A stretch of DNA of 31,610 nt from Candidatus Methylomirabilis sp. GTDB taxonomy: Bacteria > Methylomirabilota > Methylomirabilia > Methylomirabilales > Methylomirabilaceae. The translations under genes were made by a program, and so were the position numbers. Shown here in pieces: positions 18,669 to 27,121 of this stretch. The stretch covers positions 1 to 31,610 of the forward strand of contig JBGQJI010000010.1 in the NCBI GenBank assembly GCA_041498975.1, in the 5' to 3' direction. Every line of letters begins with the position of its first letter. The first letter of the stretch is position 1. The notes below the pieces were generated by a model. It did no database searches and was not told the DNA's origin. It worked only from the letters and a program-made list of their open reading frames with translations.

Positions 18669-18938
18669 ATGGTTGCCGTGGGTATCCGGGAGTTAAGAAA
18701 CCGCCTCAGTCAGTATCTCAAGCGAGTGGGAGCCGGGGAACGCGTGGTGGTGACGCACCGAGGTCAGCCGGTCGCCGTCATCTCGCCCCCGCCTATCACT
18801 CCCGCGGACGGGCGAATCGAGGCCATGCTCCGTGACGGTGTGGCGCGGTGGGGAGGAGGCAGACCGCGAGGAGCCATCCGCCCGCCCCGGGTCAAGGGGC
18901 CTTCGGTGGCCCAAGCGGTCATCGAAGATCGACGATGA
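18669..18938 (+). CDS. vapB: Phd/YefM-type antitoxin
   Basis: VGIRELRNRLSQYLKRV..GERVVVTHRGQPVAVI; ATGA overlap with the toxin gene. Confidence 0.9.
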   Translation: MVAVGIRELRNRLSQYLKRVGAGERVVVTHRGQPVAVISPPPITPADGRIEAMLRDGVARWGGGRPRGAIRPPRVKGPSVAQAVIEDRR

Positions 18939-19387
18939 GGCTTTACCTTGATACCAGCGCCCTCGTCAAGCTCTATGTGGACGAAGAGGGATCGCCCCTT
19001 GTCCGAAGCGCGGTCGATCAAGCCAGTCTGATTGCGACTTCGGCGGTCGCCTATGTCGAGGCCCGAGCGGCCTTCGTCAGGCGCCGCCATGAGGGAGGGC
19101 TTCCAGCCAGAGATTACCGAAGGATCATTCGTGATCTCGATGCGGACTGGGCCCGTTACCTGGTAGTGGGTATCACGGACTCGCTCATTCGAGAGGGGGC
19201 CCGTCTCGCGGAGGCTCATCAGCTAAGGGCCTACGATGCGATCCATTTGGGCTGTGCAACAGCCATCCATGGCCGGCTCGCCGAGCCCGTCGTCTTTGCC
19301 TCCTGGGACCTCGTGCTGGAAAAGGCCGCAAAGGATGAAGGGCTTGAGCCATTGCGGTTCCGGAAGCACCCGCCGCGTAATAGCTGA
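18935..19387 (+). CDS. vapC: PIN-domain toxin (VapC)
   Basis: Start moved to ATG 18935: MRLYLDTSALVKLY, YVEA, LRAYDAIHL, FASWD. Confidence 0.9.
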   Translation: MRLYLDTSALVKLYVDEEGSPLVRSAVDQASLIATSAVAYVEARAAFVRRRHEGGLPARDYRRIIRDLDADWARYLVVGITDSLIREGARLAEAHQLRAYDAIHLGCATAIHGRLAEPVVFASWDLVLEKAAKDEGLEPLRFRKHPPRNS

Positions 19388-19522
19388 GGTTATCTCTTAC
19401 CCCCCCCCTGACCCACGGCTCCCCTCCGGCGTTTCCCCTTCCTCCTTTTGACCCCCAAACCGTCCAGTACCCCTTCCCGGCCGGTCCGCCCCGCAAGAAA
19501 TACGGGGTTTCCCTCCTCGAAT

Positions 19523-19567
19523 TCCGTAGGTGTACGGATAGACACGCCCGGCCAAGCCATCTATTCT
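19523..19567 (+). promoter_or_regulatory. Candidate activator site plus promoter
   Basis: Palindrome TCCGTA-N4-TACGGA abutting TAGACA-N17-TATTCT. Confidence 0.45.
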
Positions 19568-19633
19568 CACTCTGCATCTATTTATGCTCCTGGAGTCACT
19601 CTTGTAGCCGAGCGAGGAGGGCCGACAGGAATC

Positions 19634-20107
19634 ATGAACCCCATCTCCGTGCTGCTGGTGGACGACAATTCCACCTTTCTGCAGATCCTTGCACGGTTCT
19701 TGCGAACGCAGTACCAGGACGAGGTCGTCGTCGTCGGTACAGCTGCCGGCGGCAAAGAGGCCCTGAGGACATCACAGGATCTGCAACCGCAAGTGATTCT
19801 GCTCGACCTGGCCATGCCCGATGTGCCGGGCCTGGACGTCATCCCCGTTCTGCGGACCAGGATGCCTGATGTCATCATCATCGCCCTGACCCTCTGGGAC
19901 ACCGACGCCTATCGCGAGGCGGCCCGCGCCGCGGGGGCAGATGCGTTCGTCTCAAAGGCCAGCTTGAGCACCGACCTGCTGCCGGCCATCCGACGCCTGG
20001 TACAGGCTACTCGCCCGCACGGGTCTTGCGGACCAGCGTCCCCTGGCGACACACCCGTGAATCACTTCCCGACCAAGTTGGGCGGCGCAGGATGGGTGGT
20101 CCCGTGA
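19634..20107 (+). CDS. Single-domain response regulator (NarL-type receiver without HTH)
   Basis: SD GAGGAGG upstream; VLLVDDN, LLDLAMP, ALT, AFVSK. Confidence 0.88.
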   Translation: MNPISVLLVDDNSTFLQILARFLRTQYQDEVVVVGTAAGGKEALRTSQDLQPQVILLDLAMPDVPGLDVIPVLRTRMPDVIIIALTLWDTDAYREAARAAGADAFVSKASLSTDLLPAIRRLVQATRPHGSCGPASPGDTPVNHFPTKLGGAGWVVP

Positions 20108-20216
20108 ATACCACGACACGACTGGGGGGCGGGGACCTGAGCCCGGGCCACGGGCTGGGAGGCAGGAGCCAAGCGGCTCCTGCCGTCGCGATGTAAGAGA
20201 CGGAGAGCCGTACTCA

Positions 20217-23200
20217 ATGCTACACCTTCTGCAGAGCGTCATCGGCTCGCAAGGATTCGAGCCGCACGGCTACTGCTTCCTGTGGACGCGACCGCTGTTG
20301 TGGCTCTACGTCATCTCGGATTCGCTGATTACCCTCTCGTACTATTCCATCCCGATCGCCCTCGTCTACTTCGTGCGCAAGAGGCGAGACCTAGCTTTCA
20401 ACTGGATGTTCCTCATGTTCGCGGCGTTCATCATTGCGTGCGGGACGACTCACCTCATGGCGTTGTGGACGATCTGGAATCCCGTGTATTGGCTCGATGG
20501 AGCCGTCAAGGCAATCACGGCAATTGCGTCAGTCATAACAGCGGTGGCGCTCTGGCTGCTCATGCCTAAGGCTCTTGCATTGCCCAGTCCAGCCCAACTG
20601 GAAGCAGCCAATTCGGCGCTTCAAGGGGAGATCATCGAACGGAACCAGGCGCAGGAGGCGTTGCGCAGAGCGCACGAGGAGTTAGAGATACGGGTCCACG
20701 AACGGACCAAGGAGTTGACAAGAATCACCGAAGCATTACAGGCTGAGATCGCCGAGCGCAAGCAAGTGGAGGAGCGACTGGGGCTGCAAGGCGCCGCGCT
20801 TGAAGCCGCCGCGAACGCCATCGTCATGACCGACCGAGAAGGGCAGATAGTTTGGGTCAACCCGGCCTTCACTCGCCTCACCGGCTACACAGCCGAGGAG
20901 GCCTTTGGCCACAACCCTCGCCTCCTCAAATCAGGCAATCATGACCTATCATTCTATGAGAATCTCTGGAACACGATTCTTTCCGGGGAGGTCTGGCACG
21001 GGGAGATCATCAACCGGCGAAAAGATGGGACTCTGTATCACGAGGAGCAGACCATCACCCCCGTTCGCGACGAGCGAGGCGATATTACTCACTTCATCGC
21101 CATCAAACAGGACATCACCGAGCGCAAGCAGAAGGAGAGTGAGCTTCGCAGGACGCATCGAGCGCTTAGGACCCTCAGTGACTGCAATGAGGCACTGGTG
21201 CGCGCGTCCGACGAATCAGACTTGCTGAGGAACATCTGTCAGGTGATTGTGAGGTCCGGCGGATACCATCTGGCTTGGGTGGGCTTCGCGAAGCACGATG
21301 AAGAGAAAACCGTGCGCCCGGTGGCGCACATGGGATACGATAAGGGCTACCTCGAATCGGTGAAAATCACATGGGATGATACTGAACGGGGCCGTGGTCC
21401 CACCGGAACGGCCATCCGGACAGGCAAGCCCTGCGTTGCGAGAAATATCCAGAAGGATCCCGCCTTTGCCCCCTGGCGCGCCGAAGCGATCAAGCGAGGC
21501 TATGCCTCGTCCATTGCCCTTCCCCTGCGGACCAATGGACAGCCGTTCGGAGCGCTGGTGATCCACGCCGAGGAGCCGGATGCGTTCGACTCGGACGAAG
21601 TGGAGCTGCTGGCCGAGATGGCCAGCGACCTCGAGTACGGCATCGCGATGCTTCGCACACGCGCCGAACATGCGCGGGCGGAGGAGGCCCTGCGAGAGAG
21701 CAAGGAGCGCTATCGGGACCTGGTCGAAAATGCAAACGACATCATCTACACCTACGATCTGACGGGCAACTTCACCTCTCTCAACAGGGCCGGCGAAATA
21801 GTCACCGGCTACACCCGGTACGAGGCCCCCGCGATGAATCTGGCCCAGGTGGTCGCCCCGGAATACCTCGACCTCTCCCGCCAGATGCTGTCCCGCAAGC
21901 TCAGGGAAGGCGGGCCGACGACCTACGATCTCGGGATCATCACGAAGGACGGCCGCCGCGTCCTGCTGGAGGTCAGCAACCGGCTGATCTATAAAGAGGG
22001 GAGGCCTGTCGGCGTCCAAGGCATCGCCCGCGACATTACCGACCGAAAGCGAGCGGAACAGGAGATCGAGCGTCTCGCGAAGTTTCCCGCTGAAAATCCA
22101 AGTCCCATCTTACGCATCAATAGCGAAGGCCTGATGCTGTATGCAAATCAGGCAAGCGAGCCGCTCTTGCGAGGGTGGGGGTGGGAGGTTGGGCGCGACG
22201 TACCCCACGCTTGGCGTGACCTGATAACTGAGGCACTCACAAAACAGGAGAAAAGGATCATCGAGGCAGAGTGTGCGGAGCGCGTTTACGAATTCGTTCT
22301 GGCCTCGGTGCCGGATGGCGGCTATGTCAATCTCTATGGAAGGGACATCACCGAGCGGAAGCAGACAGAGGCAACCCGGCGGGCCCTCTACCGGGCGAGC
22401 CTTCATGTCCAGGAACCGCTGACGCTCCAGGAGCGGCTCGACCGGCTTCTGCAGACCGCCCGAGATGTGATAGGGCTTGATCGGCTCAGCATCTTCCTCG
22501 CAGACCCGACAAAGCAGTGGCTGCAAGTGGTGGCCAGTACCAAGCCCGAGGAGGTTGCGCAGGCAGTGTCCATTCCGATCGGGCCCGCCGGTGGCGGCTT
22601 GGCCCAGGCCTACCGCACCCAGCAGATGGTCGTCTGGGATGGCCGCGGGCCGGTGCCCGAGCCGCTCCGCCTGAAGCCCCCCTATGACCAGATCAAGAGC
22701 CTGCGGTCTCGCATCTTCGCCATCTTGCCCCTGGTGGCCCAAGGCCGGACGATTGGCGTGCTGGGATCGCACCAGGCACAGACCCGAAAGCCCTTCGAAC
22801 CCGCCACGCTGGAGCTCCTCCAGCTCTTCGCCGCCCAAGCCGCCCTCGCGATCGAGCAGGCGCGGCTCTATGAGGCGGAGCGCTTGGCCGCCATTCAACT
22901 CGAAGCCACGGTTGAAGCCCGGACCCGAGAGCTCCAGGAGGCCACTCGCCAGGCCGAGGAAGCCTCCCGCCACAAGTCGGAGTTCCTGGCCAACATGTCC
23001 CATGAGCTCCGGACCCCGCTCAACTCGATCCTTGGCTTCTCGGAGCTCTTACAGCAGCACGCGTATGGCCCCCTTAGCGCCAAGCAGGCCCGCTACGTGG
23101 ACCACATCCATCAGAGCGGCGAGCACCTCCTGGCGCTGATCAACGACCTCCTCGACCTCTCGAAGGTGGAGGCGGGGAAGATCGAACTGGAGCCGGAGCC

Positions 23201-23732
23201 CTTCAACCTGCCAGCGGCCTTAGCAGCCGCAGCGACCAAGATCCGCCCCCAGGCCAAGGCGAAGGGGCTGCGGCTCTCGCTTCAGGCGGACGACGCTCCT
23301 TCGACCCTCACCGCAGATCCGCTCCGGTTCAAGCAGATCCTCTACAATCTCCTCTCCAATGCGGTGAAATTCACCCCCGATGGAGGGCGGATTATGGTCA
23401 CCGCCAGGCGCGTGCGGAGTGCGGAGTGCGGAGTGCGGAGTGAGACAGATAGCACCTCGCACCTTGCACCTTGCACCTCGGACGCCGCTGATTTCGTTGA
23501 AATCGGCGTGTCCGACACGGGGATCGGGATTTCGGGCGAGGACTTGCCCAAGCTCTTCCAGGCGTTCACCCAACTGGAGTCCCCGTTCGTAAAGCGACAC
23601 CAGGGGACGGGGCTCGGCCTTGCCCTGACGAAGCAGCTCGTCGAACTGCACGGAGGGACGATCTGGGCCGAGTCCCAGGGCGAGGGCCTGGGAAGCGCCT
23701 TCACGATCCGCCTCCCCTTGGCCCCAGGCTAG
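20217..23732 (+). CDS. Membrane sensor histidine kinase: ETR1-like ethylene-binding domain - PAS - GAF - PAS - PAS - GAF - HisKA - HATPase
   Basis: Three TM helices with ISDSLITLSYYSIP and FIIACGTTH; H-box FLANMSHELRTPLN; NLLSNAVKF, DTGIG, GTGLGL. Confidence 0.92.
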   Translation: MLHLLQSVIGSQGFEPHGYCFLWTRPLLWLYVISDSLITLSYYSIPIALVYFVRKRRDLAFNWMFLMFAAFIIACGTTHLMALWTIWNPVYWLDGAVKAITAIASVITAVALWLLMPKALALPSPAQLEAANSALQGEIIERNQAQEALRRAHEELEIRVHERTKELTRITEALQAEIAERKQVEERLGLQGAALEAAANAIVMTDREGQIVWVNPAFTRLTGYTAEEAFGHNPRLLKSGNHDLSFYENLWNTILSGEVWHGEIINRRKDGTLYHEEQTITPVRDERGDITHFIAIKQDITERKQKESELRRTHRALRTLSDCNEALVRASDESDLLRNICQVIVRSGGYHLAWVGFAKHDEEKTVRPVAHMGYDKGYLESVKITWDDTERGRGPTGTAIRTGKPCVARNIQKDPAFAPWRAEAIKRGYASSIALPLRTNGQPFGALVIHAEEPDAFDSDEVELLAEMASDLEYGIAMLRTRAEHARAEEALRESKERYRDLVENANDIIYTYDLTGNFTSLNRAGEIVTGYTRYEAPAMNLAQVVAPEYLDLSRQMLSRKLREGGPTTYDLGIITKDGRRVLLEVSNRLIYKEGRPVGVQGIARDITDRKRAEQEIERLAKFPAENPSPILRINSEGLMLYANQASEPLLRGWGWEVGRDVPHAWRDLITEALTKQEKRIIEAECAERVYEFVLASVPDGGYVNLYGRDITERKQTEATRRALYRASLHVQEPLTLQERLDRLLQTARDVIGLDRLSIFLADPTKQWLQVVASTKPEEVAQAVSIPIGPAGGGLAQAYRTQQMVVWDGRGPVPEPLRLKPPYDQIKSLRSRIFAILPLVAQGRTIGVLGSHQAQTRKPFEPATLELLQLFAAQAALAIEQARLYEAERLAAIQLEATVEARTRELQEATRQAEEASRHKSEFLANMSHELRTPLNSILGFSELLQQHAYGPLSAKQARYVDHIHQSGEHLLALINDLLDLSKVEAGKIELEPEPFNLPAALAAAATKIRPQAKAKGLRLSLQADDAPSTLTADPLRFKQILYNLLSNAVKFTPDGGRIMVTARRVRSAECGVRSETDSTSHLAPCTSDAADFVEIGVSDTGIGISGEDLPKLFQAFTQLESPFVKRHQGTGLGLALTKQLVELHGGTIWAESQGEGLGSAFTIRLPLAPG
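23412..23479. repeat. Heptamer inverted-repeat hairpin inserted in-frame in the kinase ATPase domain
   Basis: (GTGCGGA)x4, spacer, (GCACCTY)x4; translated as VRSAECGVRSETDSTSHLAPCTS. Confidence 0.8.
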
Positions 23733-23752
23733 TCCTGCAACCCGAGGGACCG

Positions 23753-24157
23753 ATGGCGCGCGGCACGGTCTTGGTGGTGGAGGATCACCCGGTGAACCGA
23801 GAGCTGGTCGTGGATGTCCTCGAGGCGGCGGGGTACACGATTCTTCAGGCGGAAGATGGCAGCGGCCTGCTGGAGCGGGTGAAGGCCACGCGACCCGATC
23901 TCATCATCCTGGACCTCCAACTCCCTGGTGTGGACGGCTTCACGCTGGCCCGGTTGCTCACGGCCGAGCCCGTGACCCAAGGCATCCCGATCCTCGCGAT
24001 CAGCGCGTATGCTGCGCCCCAGGAACAGGCCCAGGCGAAAACAGCCGGCTGCGCAGCCTTCCTGGCCAAGCCCCTTGACACCCGAGGACTTGTCAAGACC
24101 GTCGCCCGTCTCGCCGGGCTGCAAGGGCGGGTGGCGCTGAGGCCGGTATCCAGATGA
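23753..24157 (+). CDS. Single-domain response regulator (DivK/CheY-like)
   Basis: VLVVEDH, IILDLQLP, ISA, FLAKP. Confidence 0.92.
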   Translation: MARGTVLVVEDHPVNRELVVDVLEAAGYTILQAEDGSGLLERVKATRPDLIILDLQLPGVDGFTLARLLTAEPVTQGIPILAISAYAAPQEQAQAKTAGCAAFLAKPLDTRGLVKTVARLAGLQGRVALRPVSR

Positions 24158-24202
24158 AGTGCATGATGATGGAGGACGATTGAGCGCCTTGACGCTTTGC
24201 GC

Positions 24203-24976
24203 TCAACGCGATGGCTTGTCCAGGATCACCCTACCGAGGAAACGGCCTAGCGCATCGACGTAGGCCTTACCGCCAACGAAGTAGAGGTCGTTATGGTGGG
24301 CGTCCTTGATGATGTAGAACTCCTTGGGCTCGGGCGCGGCTTCGAAGACGCGCCGGCCCTGCTGGAGGGGAACGATCTCATCGTATTCGCCATGCACAAT
24401 CAGGACGGGTGCCCTTACCTTTCCGATCTTCGAAAAGGTGTCATACCTGGTCCGGAGGAGCGGCCCGAGCGGAAGGAACGGAAAGCTCGCCTTCGCCATC
24501 TCCGGGATGGACAGGAAGGGCGACTCCAGTATCATTGCAGCACAGCCATGTCGGATCGCCATCTCGACCGCGACGGCGCTGCCGAGCGATTCACCAAGGA
24601 AGACGATCTTCGCAGGATCCAGCTCTTTTCGACCGCGTAAATACCGGATGGCCGCGTTCCCATCGCGATAGGTCCCCTCCTCTGATACCTCGCCTTCGCT
24701 TCTTCCGTACTCACGGTAGTCGAAGATAAAGAGGTTGATCCCCAGGTGATCGCGCCGGAGCTTGATGTTCTCCAGCCGGTGACTGATATTCCCCGCGTTG
24801 CCGTGAAACCAGAGGAACGTGAGCGGCGAGCCGGTCCCGGGAATCCACCAGCCATTGAGCTTGAGGCCATCCTCGGTCGTAAAGTAGACGTCTTCATAGG
24901 CCATGCCCCACTCATGCGGCGTCTCGACGATCGTCTTGTCGGGGAAGAAGATAAGGCGTTTTTCCAGCGGCTCCAC
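24203..24976 (-). CDS. Alpha/beta hydrolase (ABHD13/Bem46-like)
   Basis: FHGNAGN, DYREYGRS, GESLG, HGEYDEIVP, HHND. Confidence 0.9.
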   Translation of the reverse strand: MEPLEKRLIFFPDKTIVETPHEWGMAYEDVYFTTEDGLKLNGWWIPGTGSPLTFLWFHGNAGNISHRLENIKLRRDHLGINLFIFDYREYGRSEGEVSEEGTYRDGNAAIRYLRGRKELDPAKIVFLGESLGSAVAVEMAIRHGCAAMILESPFLSIPEMAKASFPFLPLGPLLRTRYDTFSKIGKVRAPVLIVHGEYDEIVPLQQGRRVFEAAPEPKEFYIIKDAHHNDLYFVGGKAYVDALGRFLGRVILDKPSR

Positions 24977-25059
24977 TCACCCTCCGGCGAGAATCAAGGT
25001 CAGCATGAGAACGGGAGCCGATCGCACCGTCGCCGCCCTCCGGCTGCCGCACACTCTCG

Positions 25060-25476
25060 TCAGAACTTGGTCAAGGCAGCCAGCACCATGAGCACGGCGA
25101 ACGCCACGAGGAGCGCGAGGAGACCTGCAGCCCGACCTTCCCTGCCGCTCGCTTTGAAGGCCTTGAACTGGCGCGAGGCAAGCGGGTCCAGGAGGATCAC
25201 GCCAAGGAGCAGGAGCATCTTGACGCTGAACCATGTCTGGTGGAAGGTGACCCCGGCCGCATGGACCAAGAACAGGCCGGCCAGCAGGGCGAAAAGAAAG
25301 GCGGGAAGCTCCATCCGAAGATGAATCCGCCGCTGCGCCTCGTAGAGCTGGTTTCTTACCGCTTCGTTCATCCCCGAGGTGGTGGAGCCCAGGAGACACA
25401 GTCTGGCCCCCATGCCACCCACCCAGAAGATGACCCCCAAGAGATGGAGCATCTTCGCAATCGTGATTGCCGTCAC
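25060..25476 (-). CDS. CopD/HemJ (UPF0093)-like membrane protein
   Basis: K.LHLLGVIFWVGG, W...K in TM3, four TM segments. Confidence 0.6.
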   Translation of the reverse strand: MTAITIAKMLHLLGVIFWVGGMGARLCLLGSTTSGMNEAVRNQLYEAQRRIHLRMELPAFLFALLAGLFLVHAAGVTFHQTWFSVKMLLLLGVILLDPLASRQFKAFKASGREGRAAGLLALLVAFAVLMVLAALTKF

Positions 25477-25575
25477 AGTTGTCCTCTGTTCATCACATCG
25501 CTAGCCCGAATTCTTCATGTCCACGTCTGGGCAGAGTGTCGGTGTGAGAGGGACGTGAGAGGCCTTAGCCCGGCA

Positions 25576-26013
25576 TCAGGAAGAGGGTGTTTCGCGGATG
25601 GGATCCCAGAGGATCTGGATGTAGTTGCCATCGGGATCCTTGAAGTAGAAGGAGCGGCTTCCGTCCCGGTGGTCTCTAGGCCCGTCGTCGATGCCTATCC
25701 CATGACCCCTGACCTCCTGGGCCAGTCGATCGACCTCCTCCTTCGCGTGGACCCGAAAGCCGAAATGGTGGAGAGATTGCGACGTTTGGGGGCGGTGGCG
25801 GAACGCGGGCACCTCTTCACTTGGGACCTGGATCAAGGCCAGATCATCGTTGCCGCACTCGAGAAAGGCGATCTCGCCCTCGCTTCGCCAGACCGGCCTC
25901 ATCCCGAGGACCTCTGTGTAAAACTTCTCCGAGACAACAAGGTCACTGACTCGGAGGGAGAGATGCCCCATCCGAGCCAGCCGCAATGGGTTGAAACCCA
26001 TGATCTCATTCAC
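25576..26013 (-). CDS. VOC / glyoxalase family protein
   Basis: GHLSLRVSDL..SEKFYTEVLG, LHHFGF, SFYFKDPDGN. Confidence 0.9.
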   Translation of the reverse strand: MNEIMGFNPLRLARMGHLSLRVSDLVVSEKFYTEVLGMRPVWRSEGEIAFLECGNDDLALIQVPSEEVPAFRHRPQTSQSLHHFGFRVHAKEEVDRLAQEVRGHGIGIDDGPRDHRDGSRSFYFKDPDGNYIQILWDPIRETPSS

Positions 26014-26882
26014 TCTACACCAGCCGCCTCATCCTTGGCCGCTGCGGTGGAGGAGGAGATCGAAAACCCCACGATATCCTCGCCACCATCCACCCCGATC
26101 ACGTTTCCCGTCATCCAATAGGTCTCCGGTCGACTCAAGGCGACGAGAGCCACTGCGACGTCCTCAGGGTTGGTGAGGCGGCCCGAGGGATTGAACTGCA
26201 GCGCGGTCTGTTTGATGCTCTCGCTCCCGGGGATCTTCCGGAGCGCCGGAGTATCGGTCACCCCAGCGCGGATGGCGTTCGCCGTGATCCCCAATCGGGC
26301 CAGCTCCAGCGCGAGTTGCCGGATGTGCGACTCCAGAGCGGCCTTAGCCGCCGACACGGCCCCGTAGGCGCCCCAAACCCGCGCCCCACCCGAACTGGTC
26401 ATCGCGAATACCCTTCCACCGCGAATCATCATCTTTCGGAATACCAGCTCTTGCACCCAGTACACGAGACTATGCGCCATCACGTCCAGGGTCATGTCCA
26501 TCTGGGCGGGCGTGATCGCCTCCTTCGAGAAAGGGGCGATGAACGGCTTCAGGGTCCCGAAGGCCAGCGAGTGGAGCATAACCCTCACCGACGAGGCCTC
26601 TCCCCGATCGGCCAGGGTCTTCTCCATCTGATCCAACACCTCGCGTCGCTTCTCTGGATCGGAGGCATTGACGTTGAAGAACGCCGCCTCTCGCCCTGCC
26701 TGCTTGATCCCGGCCACTATCCGCTCCACGTTCGGCATAGTCGTCTTACGGTCCAGGTGCACGCCGAAAATATGCATCCCCCCCGAAGCCAGGGCCAAGG
26801 CAGCCGCCTCGCCGAAGCCGCTGGAGGCGCCCAGGATCAGGGCCCACCCCTGCAGTCCCGGATCGCGCCGTTCTCCTGTCAT
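26010..26882 (-). CDS. SDR oxidoreductase, FabL-like enoyl-ACP reductase
   Basis: LGASSGFG, YGAVSAAK (Y-x6-K), AGVTDTPAL, TGNVIGVDGG; start moved to ATG 26882 after SD GGAGG. Confidence 0.85.
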   Translation of the reverse strand: MTGERRDPGLQGWALILGASSGFGEAAALALASGGMHIFGVHLDRKTTMPNVERIVAGIKQAGREAAFFNVNASDPEKRREVLDQMEKTLADRGEASSVRVMLHSLAFGTLKPFIAPFSKEAITPAQMDMTLDVMAHSLVYWVQELVFRKMMIRGGRVFAMTSSGGARVWGAYGAVSAAKAALESHIRQLALELARLGITANAIRAGVTDTPALRKIPGSESIKQTALQFNPSGRLTNPEDVAVALVALSRPETYWMTGNVIGVDGGEDIVGFSISSSTAAAKDEAAGVE

Positions 26883-27121
26883 GCCTCCCTCCTCATCGCC
26901 TTTCCTTCCACCGCGCACGTGCACACTCAGGACACATTTCGCCGACCACGCCGGGCTCAGAAAAAGAGGGCAGCGCGCCATCCCGGCAGGAGCAGCTTAA
27001 GCTCCTTTTTGTCCTCTGTCAAGCAGGAGCAGCGGTGGTTTCCTGAACCATGCCCCCATGCTATCATTCATCCGATTCGCAATGCTTGTCAGCAGGAGGC
27101 ATATTCGGGGAGGGGTGAGGC

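Noticed and set aside
18374..18835. ORFs running through the palindromic and heptamer repeats (also 13432-13758 and 2684-2938)
   Set aside because: Translations of repeat DNA, low complexity, no domain
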